DNA of 64,000 bases. It comes from an uncultured Candidatus Saccharibacteria bacterium. Its GTDB lineage: Bacteria > Patescibacteriota > Dojkabacteria > SC72. The notes beneath the pieces are model-generated. The model did not search any database, was not told where the DNA came from, and worked only from the letters and a program-made list of their open reading frames with translations. Below, piece by piece: positions 28,886 to 37,373 of the stretch. The position numbers and the translations under genes are program-made. The stretch lies in the NCBI GenBank assembly GCA_964610125.1, contig CAZSUV010000001.1:120035-184034 (forward strand), written 5' to 3'. Position 1 is the stretch's first letter. Each line of letters starts with the position of its first letter.

Positions 28886-29224
28886 GAAAAACAGCACAAA
28901 CGTGCAGAATTAGAGTTGGGCTATATCCGATGGGCACGATAGGGTTTACACCTAAACATGGCGATTATCAGTCGCTTGCTCCGTAGTTGAGCTTCGTGCC
29001 CCCGAACAAAAAGTGGTGCATGTGTTATGGGATTAGAACCCTACCGTCTCCGTTGTCCGCTTGAGAGCGATGCCAATTGCATAGGCTACACATTGCACCA
29101 TAAAGTGATATCTACTTGATCTAACCACGCTCATAGGGAGCTGGGTAGATATACTACAAAATTTGAAAAGAACAATTACATTTAATAACAAAGAAATTAT
29201 AATATAACAATTTCTATCGGTCAA
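28886..29224 (-). ncRNA. Candidate structured non-coding RNA unit of unknown identity: promoter, two tRNA-like modules, intrinsic terminator
   Basis: The minus strand carries TTGACC (29224-29219), a 17 nt spacer and TATAAT (29201-29196). Downstream is an 88 nt module (29100-29013) closed by an 11 bp stem and containing GGTTCTAATCCC. Next is a 73 nt cloverleaf (29001-28929): GGGCACG acceptor, GCTC/GAGC D-stem, CTGATAA anticodon loop, degenerate TGTAAAC T-loop. The unit ends with a hairpin plus T5 at 28908-28886. Local GC is well above that of the flanks. Confidence 0.45.
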
Positions 29225-29261
29225 TCTAAAACAATACATCTATTTCTGATATCATTAACAT

Positions 29262-29633
29262 ATGGAATCAATCAAAGATCTCTTACAACAAATCAAACAA
29301 GGAGCTGATGAAAAAGCAGATGAAGCAACTACACCACAAAATACACTCTTTGATACAAAGAAATTAGCAACCAATCCAAACAAGCTATTTGATAATAAAC
29401 ATAAATATATATCCACTGAATATCAAATGTATGGACTGAGATTAGCAGCCAAATTAGATGACAAGAAACGAGCTACAATGTATATCAAATGGGCCAAGGA
29501 AAAACCAAGAGCAATACTAGAAACAGCATATAGCTTCTGTATAGACTATCCAAGTGCAAGAGATAAAAGTAAGATATTTATGTGGAAAGTAAAAGAACTA
29601 GAAGATGAAAGAAAAAATAAACCCAAAGAGTAA
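29262..29633 (+). CDS. Hypothetical lysine-rich protein, 123 aa
   Basis: Intact ORF upstream of and overlapping the permease pair. Confidence 0.45.
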   Translation: MESIKDLLQQIKQGADEKADEATTPQNTLFDTKKLATNPNKLFDNKHKYISTEYQMYGLRLAAKLDDKKRATMYIKWAKEKPRAILETAYSFCIDYPSARDKSKIFMWKVKELEDERKNKPKE

Positions 29634-30429
29634 TTTCAAAAATATTCTTAAACGAATAACAAAGATGTTTTTTGCGCAAGAATTTATGCACAAAGAACAA
29701 CTTCTTGTATGGATTATTGCCGATATTATAAAAATTGTTGGATTATGCTTTGTATGGAGTGCTTCTGCGAGAATGACAGGAAGTATGGATCAGGGATATG
29801 TGATTACATACTACCTATTCATCATCATAGTTGGGAAATTAATGCAAGATATTACTCCTGAAAATGGAGTTAGGCAGATTTTAGAAGGTAGATTTTCCAA
29901 TTCTCTTCTAAAGCCAATTTCCTATCTGACAGAATACATGGGTAGTAACCTCGGTTCCAACCTGTTTAGGTTAATTGTATCAGTCCCAGCATTTGGAGTA
30001 GGGATGTATGTTGCAATAAGGTTGGGATTTTGGATTACAGATTTTAATCCTTATCTTATGTTCTTGGCATTATTTGCAGTAATCATTGGTTTCTTGGTGA
30101 ATTTTTTACTTGGAAACATATTTTCATTAATTGCCTTCTACAACAAAAATATGGAAGGAATGAAGATCTTTTACTACAATATTGCGGCATTTCTCTCTGG
30201 AGAGTACATGCCTTTTGCAGCTTTGCCATTGATAGGGTTATTTGTTGTTCAAGTTTTGCCATGGAGATATACATTATCTTTTCCAATTGAAATACTTTTA
30301 GGAAGAATGACCAACTATGATATTGGGATTGGGTTTGTAATTGGTATTGTTTGGTTAATAGCTTTATATCTTCTCTATTTAATTCTCTTTAAAATATCCA
30401 TTAAAAAATATGCAGCGGAGGGAATATAG
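29605..30429 (+). CDS. ABC-2-family transporter permease-like membrane protein
   Basis: 274 aa, 6 TM. Architecture and sequence fit the ABC-2 permease family. No ATPase adjacent. Confidence 0.6.
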   Translation: MKEKINPKSNFKNILKRITKMFFAQEFMHKEQLLVWIIADIIKIVGLCFVWSASARMTGSMDQGYVITYYLFIIIVGKLMQDITPENGVRQILEGRFSNSLLKPISYLTEYMGSNLGSNLFRLIVSVPAFGVGMYVAIRLGFWITDFNPYLMFLALFAVIIGFLVNFLLGNIFSLIAFYNKNMEGMKIFYYNIAAFLSGEYMPFAALPLIGLFVVQVLPWRYTLSFPIEILLGRMTNYDIGIGFVIGIVWLIALYLLYLILFKISIKKYAAEGI

Positions 30430-31222
30430 AACAACAATATGGAGGTATTTGAGAATATGGATATTGAACTTCAGGGCAAGTGTTAAAAAAAGTAATACGT
30501 ACAAGGGAGAGATCTTCGTTAGAATATTGCGGACCTTTTTCATCCTTGCAACCCAGGTACTTCTTAGAAAAGTAGTATTTGGAGACCAAGAATTTTATGT
30601 AGGTTGGTCAGTAGCTCAGGCATATCTTGTGATTGGAATATGGGATCTACTAAATTACTTTGGTTGGGCTTTTTTTGGAATTAATCTGACTCAATTAGAA
30701 CGAAGAGTTTTAACAGGGGAGTTTGATTTTACACTTCTAAAACCTTTGTCTTCTGGATGGTTTGCATCGTTTTACGATTTCTCAATATATAGTGCGATAT
30801 CTTCATTTTCAGGTTTCATACTTATTGGCTATTACTTCTTTGTAGAGTGGAATACCTTATCTCTTATAAATGTATTATTGGGTGTTGTTGGAATAATAGT
30901 TGGATTAATATTTTGGTATGCCTTCTATCTCTTTTTAGCTAGTTTTACACTTAGTAATCCAAGAAATGGATTTTTAACTTTAGTGAAAGAGATATTAGGA
31001 TTAACCAAATATCCAATAAATATATATACCAATGCTATTCAATTAGTATTCTATACTGTATTACCGATTGCATTTCTTAGTACTGTTCCAGCTAATTTGA
31101 TTATTGGGAGAGCAGGGTGGGCATTTCTATTAATTGGGGGTGGGTTAGCAATTCTTTTTGTTCGTTTAAGCTACTGGATATGGAAACAGAATGTTAAAAA
31201 ATATGTAAGTGCGGGAGGATAG
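30410..31222 (+). CDS. ABC-2-family transporter permease-like membrane protein, paralog of the previous gene
   Basis: 270 aa, 6 TM. The 20 nt overlap with the upstream gene indicates translational coupling. Confidence 0.6.
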   Translation: MQRREYRTTIWRYLRIWILNFRASVKKSNTYKGEIFVRILRTFFILATQVLLRKVVFGDQEFYVGWSVAQAYLVIGIWDLLNYFGWAFFGINLTQLERRVLTGEFDFTLLKPLSSGWFASFYDFSIYSAISSFSGFILIGYYFFVEWNTLSLINVLLGVVGIIVGLIFWYAFYLFLASFTLSNPRNGFLTLVKEILGLTKYPINIYTNAIQLVFYTVLPIAFLSTVPANLIIGRAGWAFLLIGGGLAILFVRLSYWIWKQNVKKYVSAGG

Positions 31223-31226
31223 GTAG

Positions 31227-32276
31227 TTATCTTTGACTATCCAGAACTTTGTGTACAGCATCTAATACTTTTTCCAGAGCTTCTTCTCCTGTTTCTGCTT
31301 TTAATGCCGAGGCCGCTGCATATTCATGACCACCACCACCTAATTCTTTCGCTATAACCCCCACATCTTGGTAGCCCTTTGTACTTCTAAATGATACATA
31401 CCAAGAATTCTCTCCATCGAAGTTAGGTTTAATTATAAATCCCCAATGTACTCCTTGAATATATCTGATATATCGATCCCTTAAAAAAGCCTGCGCCTCA
31501 TTAATACCTTGTTTAGTTAATCCATCTTTTACAATCATATCTTCGGATATATACATGTATCCCATATCCTTTTCGATTTGAAGCGTTTTAAGGTAAGAAA
31601 CAATAGCAGGAGTAGACTCTCTAGGAAATTTTCCCATCTTGTATGACATCTCTTCAATATCGATATCCATAACTTCTTTGGCTTCGGCATATATCCTCAT
31701 AGTATCTGGAGTTGTTCCTGCGAACATAAATCGTCCTGTATCTGCAACAATTCCATATTGTGTTAATTGGGATATCTCAGGAGTGATTCTGAAATTTTTA
31801 CCATACATATCTTTAAAAGTAGCAAAGGCCTGCTCTGAAGCAGAACTTCTTGATTCGTTAATAACAACATGAGCCTTGTCTGGAGCTACGTCAGTATGAT
31901 GATCTAGTATTACAATTGGTTTTGAACTATCCTGCAAGCTATCTTTGGTATAATCTAGGCATTGAGCTGTGCTCATTGCATCTACTACAACTATCAAATC
32001 TTCATCCCCCTCTTTAATCTCTTTTACAACATGAATCTCTTTCATTCCTGGAATATTTATAGTGGGGGTTTGCCTCGCCTTCATCACAACATTCATCTTA
32101 GGATATCCTAACTCAATGAATTTCTTTACCAATATCATGCTACAAAACGCATCCATATCTGGCCCCTTGTGAGTAATGATCAATATATTTTTAGATTTTT
32201 CAATCAATTGTTTAAATTCTTTGTTGTACTGTAGCATAATCTTGATAATACCAAGTTTGGAGAATATAATAAACAA
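31227..32276 (-). CDS. nrnA: DHH-DHHA1 phosphoesterase (NrnA-like oligoribonuclease/pAp phosphatase)
   Basis: HKGPDMDAF and VLDHHTD (DHH) motifs; GGGHEYAAA (DHHA1 GGGH). The start is probably MLQYNKEF at 32237. Confidence 0.8.
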   Translation of the reverse strand: MFIIFSKLGIIKIMLQYNKEFKQLIEKSKNILIITHKGPDMDAFCSMILVKKFIELGYPKMNVVMKARQTPTINIPGMKEIHVVKEIKEGDEDLIVVVDAMSTAQCLDYTKDSLQDSSKPIVILDHHTDVAPDKAHVVINESRSSASEQAFATFKDMYGKNFRITPEISQLTQYGIVADTGRFMFAGTTPDTMRIYAEAKEVMDIDIEEMSYKMGKFPRESTPAIVSYLKTLQIEKDMGYMYISEDMIVKDGLTKQGINEAQAFLRDRYIRYIQGVHWGFIIKPNFDGENSWYVSFRSTKGYQDVGVIAKELGGGGHEYAAASALKAETGEEALEKVLDAVHKVLDSQR

Positions 32277-32391
32277 AGTATGAAGAGATATTTTTCTAAA
32301 AATTCATCTCAGTCTTCAGTCCTCTAAGGAGGACAAACTAAATACTTTTCAAAATTGAATTTCAGGTTAATTAAATTAAAAAAATAGTGAG

Positions 32392-33660
32392 ATGATAGAT
32401 ATTAAAAAAATAGTTGAAGAAACAGATATTGTTAAACAAGGTTTACTAAAAAGAATGGATGAAGATAAATTGGATCTCAATGGGATTATTTCCTTGTATG
32501 AAAAACGAAAACAAATCCAAACCCAATATGATACAAAAAGAGGTGAGCAGAATGGATTCAATGAACAGATGTCAAAAGTAGAAAAGGGGAGTGATGAATT
32601 TAAGAAATTGGTAACAGATCTCAAAGCAAAAGCAGAGGAAGTTAAAGCATTGGAAGTAGAATTAAAAAATGTTGAAGCAGAATTGAAAGCTAAAATGGAA
32701 GTTTTACCAAATATTCCTGAAGAGGATGTTGTAGCTGGAGGAAAAGAAAACAATGAAGTTATAAAGATGGTCGGAGAAAAACCAACCTTTGATTTTCCAA
32801 TAAAAGATCATGTTGAATTGGGGAAAAATCTTGGTATGTTTGACTTTGAAACTGCATCTAAGGTATCTGGAACCAACTTCTCTATGTACCGAGCAATGGG
32901 TGCTAGGTTGGAATGGGCTTTGATTAACTTCTTCATATCTGAACATAACAAGTCTGGATATGAGATGGTGATCCCTCCTAATCTTGTTGTAGAACAATCT
33001 GCATATGCAGCAGGCCAATTACCAAAGTTTAAAGATGATGTGTATTGGGTACAAGATGGACTATGTTTAGTTCCAACTGCAGAAACAGTTTTAACCAATA
33101 TTTACAGAGATGATCTTTTGGAAGAAAAAGACTTACCTAAGAAATTCTTTGCATATACCCCATGTTACAGAAGAGAAGCTGGTACATACCGAGCATCAGA
33201 AAAGGGATTAATTCGAGTACACCAATTCAACAAAGTTGAGATGTATCAATTTACAGCAGAGGATAAGTCAAAGGAAGCATTTGAAGAACTAGTAGCGAAA
33301 GCTGAAGATTTAGTTAAGAAATTAGGGCTTCATTACAGAGTAGTTAAACTTGCAGCAGGCGACTGTTCTGCAGGAGCAGCTAGAACATATGATATTGAAG
33401 TATATATGCCAGCTATGGATACTTACTATGAAGTAAGTTCTGTATCCAATGTAACTGATTATCAGGCGAGAAGAGGAAATATGAAGTACAAACCAGCAGA
33501 TGGAAGCAAACCAAAGTATATGCATACATTAAATGGATCTGGATTAGCTACAAGTAGATTGATGGTAGCTTTAGTTGAAGCATATCAACAGAAGGATGGA
33601 AGCATTATTGTTCCTGAAGTACTTAGACCATTCATGGGTGTAGATAAAATAGAGATATAA
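32392..33660 (+). CDS. serS: Serine--tRNA ligase
   Basis: N-terminal coiled-coil arm; class II core (FRREAGTYRASEKGLIRVHQFNKVE); 422 aa. Confidence 0.95.
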   Translation: MIDIKKIVEETDIVKQGLLKRMDEDKLDLNGIISLYEKRKQIQTQYDTKRGEQNGFNEQMSKVEKGSDEFKKLVTDLKAKAEEVKALEVELKNVEAELKAKMEVLPNIPEEDVVAGGKENNEVIKMVGEKPTFDFPIKDHVELGKNLGMFDFETASKVSGTNFSMYRAMGARLEWALINFFISEHNKSGYEMVIPPNLVVEQSAYAAGQLPKFKDDVYWVQDGLCLVPTAETVLTNIYRDDLLEEKDLPKKFFAYTPCYRREAGTYRASEKGLIRVHQFNKVEMYQFTAEDKSKEAFEELVAKAEDLVKKLGLHYRVVKLAAGDCSAGAARTYDIEVYMPAMDTYYEVSSVSNVTDYQARRGNMKYKPADGSKPKYMHTLNGSGLATSRLMVALVEAYQQKDGSIIVPEVLRPFMGVDKIEI

Positions 33661-33664
33661 TCGT

Positions 33665-34228
33665 ATGAATTTTTTCTTAGGCTTTTGTCCTGATGAAAAG
33701 GCTAATCACAAAATACGGAAGGTAATAGGGGAGGTTGGAAAAGTATTTGACGGGTTACAAATTCCTGTTAGATGGAGTGATCCAGCCTCTTACCATCTCT
33801 ACATTCTCACACTTGGACATAGTCTTTCCTTTTTAAGATTGTTTTGGCTTAAATACAAACTTAAAGGTTTTACAGTTAAACCATTTAAGGTAGTTTTCAA
33901 TACGGTACATATTGGTATATCAAGGAAATACAAAGAACTAATCTATTTAGATCTCAAAGAGGGTGGGGAGGAGATGCGTGATATCCTATTCGAACTTAGA
34001 AAACGCTTAACTATCAACGATCAGGGTAAATTTATACCTCATCTTGTATTGGGTAGGGTGAGCGAGGATTTGAGCAGCCAAGAATATACCAACATTTCGA
34101 AAGATCTATACAGAGTTGCAAAAGATTTAGATATTCAACAGATTGAATTTGAAGTTACTGGATTGAAATTGATTAAGAATACTTCAACAGGTTTTCAGAT
34201 TCTTTTAGAATTGAATCAAAATCAATAG
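33665..34228 (+). CDS. Hypothetical protein, possibly 2H-phosphoesterase (LigT-like) fold
   Basis: 187 aa with two H-x-hydrophobic segments (HLYILTLGH, HLVLGRV) spaced as in 2H enzymes. The motifs are degenerate. The 3' end overlaps convergent miaA by 56 nt. Confidence 0.4.
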   Translation: MNFFLGFCPDEKANHKIRKVIGEVGKVFDGLQIPVRWSDPASYHLYILTLGHSLSFLRLFWLKYKLKGFTVKPFKVVFNTVHIGISRKYKELIYLDLKEGGEEMRDILFELRKRLTINDQGKFIPHLVLGRVSEDLSSQEYTNISKDLYRVAKDLDIQQIEFEVTGLKLIKNTSTGFQILLELNQNQ

Positions 34229-35054
34229 TCCATATTGCATTCTTGTTTCGTTTAAACCAAGTGCGTTGTCTTTTGATATAGTGCATGGTGTTGGCTACAA
34301 TTTCTGACTTAACATCCCCTATCGATTTCTCATTTTCAAAATACCCATTAAATTCACTGTATCCAATTGAGTTGCATGCAGGATACTTATTCAATCCCTC
34401 TTCTCTTAATTTTTTGTTTTCTTTAATCAATCCATTTTCAATCATTTGATCTATACGTTTTTCAATTCTTACTTTTAATATGTTAGTAGGGAGATCAATT
34501 ACAAAATATTTACATGGGAAGGTAGGGGTAGTTGATTTCTTTTCTGGGAGGGAATTCCCTCTTTCAATAATTCTTTGTAATCTTCTTGGATTATTCTTGT
34601 CACTATTGTTGAGCTGAGACAATATATCTTCTGGTATTTGTTGTTGTAACTGTTGGACTGACAAATTTTCTAAAGCCCCCCTACTCTGGTTTTGTATTTT
34701 TTCAGACTGGACTAGATTGTAATTGTAAATTATTGAATCAATATACAAACCTGTGCCGCCTACAAGTATGGGTGTCTGACCTTCTGGTATGGTCTCTAGC
34801 AGTTTAAATACATCTTGCTGGTATTCATAGATATTGTAGGAATCTTTTACGGAGGTAGTACCATACAGAAAATGTGGTACTTGTGACATCTGTTCTTTTG
34901 ATGGCCTTGCAGTCCCAACATTCATCTCTTTGTAAACCTGTCTAGAATCGGCATTTATTATAACGCCATTGATAGATTGGGCTAACTTAATAGCTATATC
35001 CGACTTACCTGTAGCGGTAGGTCCAGCAATTACAATGAGAGGTCTTAAGTTCAT
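34173..35054 (-). CDS. miaA: tRNA dimethylallyltransferase
   Basis: LIVIAGPTATGKSDIAIKLA P-loop; ...INADSRQVYKEMNVGTA. Confidence 0.9.
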   Translation of the reverse strand: MNLRPLIVIAGPTATGKSDIAIKLAQSINGVIINADSRQVYKEMNVGTARPSKEQMSQVPHFLYGTTSVKDSYNIYEYQQDVFKLLETIPEGQTPILVGGTGLYIDSIIYNYNLVQSEKIQNQSRGALENLSVQQLQQQIPEDILSQLNNSDKNNPRRLQRIIERGNSLPEKKSTTPTFPCKYFVIDLPTNILKVRIEKRIDQMIENGLIKENKKLREEGLNKYPACNSIGYSEFNGYFENEKSIGDVKSEIVANTMHYIKRQRTWFKRNKNAIWTIDFDSILKESENLLKYS

Positions 35055-35055
35055 A

Positions 35056-35565
35056 CTATTTTAAAAGCTTGTAAACCAGTAAATAGTGAAGCCATATGGT
35101 AGCAAGTGAAAGTGCTAGTGCTATTACTACTGGAACTAATATTGATGGAGTAAGAACTATAAAGGCAACGAAAAGAAGTATGCTAGAAATTGTTAATCTG
35201 AATGCATCGTTAAATACTTCGGCCTTAACCTGGGTCATATCAAAAGTTTTTTGCTTGTGATTTTGCATATAGAATCCTGTCATTGTACCAATGCAAAGAA
35301 TGGCAATGAAAAACACAATGAAAGGAATTAGTTTAAAGGTATATGTAATATCTATTTTAAAAACTAAATGGGTTACAACTAAGGTGATGAGTGTTAATAC
35401 CCCAGCAATTGCTAATGAATCAAAAGAGATATGGGCTAATTTAGCTTGTTTAGAAAATATCCATACCAAACTAGGTACTACGAGCAAGATTATTAATATG
35501 AGTATCAAGGTATTTACCTTCTCTAATGTAGTCCAGTTGTTAAAAAGATTTATTATTATATCCAT
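35056..35565 (-). CDS. Small polytopic membrane protein, 4 TM
   Basis: 169 aa, hydrophobic helices. Last gene of a minus-strand operon. Confidence 0.55.
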   Translation of the reverse strand: MDIIINLFNNWTTLEKVNTLILILIILLVVPSLVWIFSKQAKLAHISFDSLAIAGVLTLITLVVTHLVFKIDITYTFKLIPFIVFFIAILCIGTMTGFYMQNHKQKTFDMTQVKAEVFNDAFRLTISSILLFVAFIVLTPSILVPVVIALALSLATIWLHYLLVYKLLK

Positions 35566-35567
35566 AG

Positions 35568-36776
35568 TTATATTTTCTTCACTTTATTAATATACCAACT
35601 AGAAATTACCAAACAGAGTTTTGCTAATGCAGTTAGAATTAGCATATCTTGTGCAATGGTACTAATGAATCCATTTCCTAGGAATATGACACTTGAAAGA
35701 ATTATGAGTAAGAACAATTCAATGTAGAATACTGAGTCCTTCCCTTCTGCAATGATTCGGGTAACTATGATTGCAAGGATGGCCTCGATGGAAAGCATAA
35801 ATGTATCTACAGGGATTTGGAATATCTTTAAGAAGGCTAAATATATTGAAATGGTAAGGGTTGTAGCTAGGAATGATTTTAAAAGAATATCTGTTGAAGT
35901 AGTTTTTGAGATGAAAAGGTAGAAGTACAAAACTGCCAATGCTATCAATATGCCTAAAGCTAGTTGAACATAGTTTACTGTAGGGACATTGGTTTCTAAA
36001 TCTGTTTGTGAATCTATTTTGAAATTTGTCTCAACAACTCCAGAATTGTAAAGTAAACTCATGACTTTAATATGGTCTACATTATCAGAGGATATTGGAA
36101 TGGCAAATATCTGACTTGTTGTATCTACAATGTGTGGTGTAACAAATCCATCAATATCTACACCAATTGAAACACCATTATATTGTTTAAGGAAATTTCT
36201 AAACTTCTCTTCACCTGCTGGCCATAGTTTGAATATTGCAAAGTTTGAGTATTCTCCATTGTTTGTCTTTAACTTGGTTATATATACATTTCTAAAATCG
36301 CTCCTATCCCATTCAGTAGCATCATAGTTGGTACCAAGCATATATGCATATGTGTTTTCCCTGTCATCAAAATTCACATCCGCTTTTCTAGTTACAATCT
36401 TTACTTCGAATTTGTTAGAGATTAATTCTTTTACTAAGTCTTTATCTTTGCTTGATGTTACATCAATTCTGATCTTGCTATCCTCTACATATGTAGATAC
36501 TTCTTCAACACCGAAGCCTTTCAATCTTTTGTAAAAGATATTTCTTAAATCATTGAGTGCCTTGGTTTCTGTATTTTCAGTAGAAACTATGAATTCTTGA
36601 GACCAATATGTATTGTCTTTGAGATTAAGATTGTAGTTGGTTTGTGATATATATTTTTCGGTAAGGGGAAGCGCGATGAATATTGAAGCAAGAAAAAGTG
36701 CTGTTACAACAATTATTAATATGTAGTTTAGTAGAGGTTTAACGTTAAAGTTAAACTTCAGTTTTGGTAACTTCAT
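35568..36776 (-). CDS. Membrane protein: N-terminal TM, extracytoplasmic domain of about 270 aa, C-terminal 4-TM bundle
   Basis: 402 aa. Topology inferred from hydrophobicity. No recognised family. Confidence 0.55.
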   Translation of the reverse strand: MKLPKLKFNFNVKPLLNYILIIVVTALFLASIFIALPLTEKYISQTNYNLNLKDNTYWSQEFIVSTENTETKALNDLRNIFYKRLKGFGVEEVSTYVEDSKIRIDVTSSKDKDLVKELISNKFEVKIVTRKADVNFDDRENTYAYMLGTNYDATEWDRSDFRNVYITKLKTNNGEYSNFAIFKLWPAGEEKFRNFLKQYNGVSIGVDIDGFVTPHIVDTTSQIFAIPISSDNVDHIKVMSLLYNSGVVETNFKIDSQTDLETNVPTVNYVQLALGILIALAVLYFYLFISKTTSTDILLKSFLATTLTISIYLAFLKIFQIPVDTFMLSIEAILAIIVTRIIAEGKDSVFYIELFLLIILSSVIFLGNGFISTIAQDMLILTALAKLCLVISSWYINKVKKI

Positions 36777-36779
36777 TAC

Positions 36780-37352
36780 TTAAAGTAGGTCAGATATCTG
36801 TCCGAATATGACCATCTTATCCTTTTCTAAGATGTTCATCAAGAATGGTTCTTTCTTTTTTCTAGCAAAATCAAAATCTTCTTTAGTTATCGCACTAAAT
36901 CTGATATCTCTTTTTTGTTCTTTTTCTAATTCACTCATAGCTGTAGATAGGTCTCTAACTTTCATTGTACCAATGAAAAGAAAATCTACATCTGTGGGAT
37001 TCTCGTATTTGTTTTTAATGAAGCTCTCAGTTAACACTAGCAATTGTATTCCTTCAATTTCTTCAGCAACTTTTAGAATTGCTTTCCCAATATTTGATTC
37101 TTTGTAGAACATAGATCGAAGCTCAGGAAGGATTGGATACTTTCTGTTTAGCTTGTATACCAATTTATTTCCATCTTTCTTAGAAACCAAAAGACCTGCA
37201 TCTTGAAGATTTAATAGTTCTCTTCTTACTGCATTTATCTCTTCATCTAAGATTCTAACTAACCCTCGAACGTGGAATGATGCATTCAAATCAAGCATAT
37301 ACTGCTCGAGAATTCTCACCCTCACTTTTGAGATAAAAAAGTTTTTTAGCAT
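36780..37352 (-). CDS. Winged-helix (ArsR/MarR-like) DNA-binding protein with a C-terminal domain of unknown function
   Basis: N-terminal wHTH (VRVRILEQYM...VRRELLNLQDAGLLVSKKDGNKLVYKL); 190 aa. Confidence 0.55.
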   Translation of the reverse strand: MLKNFFISKVRVRILEQYMLDLNASFHVRGLVRILDEEINAVRRELLNLQDAGLLVSKKDGNKLVYKLNRKYPILPELRSMFYKESNIGKAILKVAEEIEGIQLLVLTESFIKNKYENPTDVDFLFIGTMKVRDLSTAMSELEKEQKRDIRFSAITKEDFDFARKKKEPFLMNILEKDKMVIFGQISDLL

Positions 37353-37373
37353 AGTTCCCCAACCTGCTTAATA

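Noticed and set aside
28886-29224. tmRNA (ssrA) assignment for the structured RNA locus, including a permuted two-piece form
   Set aside because: The minus-strand order T-arm-like motif, ...CACCA, short linker, then GGGGG... initially resembled a permuted tmRNA. However, the putative CCA nucleotides are base-paired within an 11 bp closing stem. The GGGGG segment pairs with its own downstream CGTGCCC to form an independent cloverleaf. No tag-peptide reading frame or pseudoknot pattern is evident. Left as unassigned.
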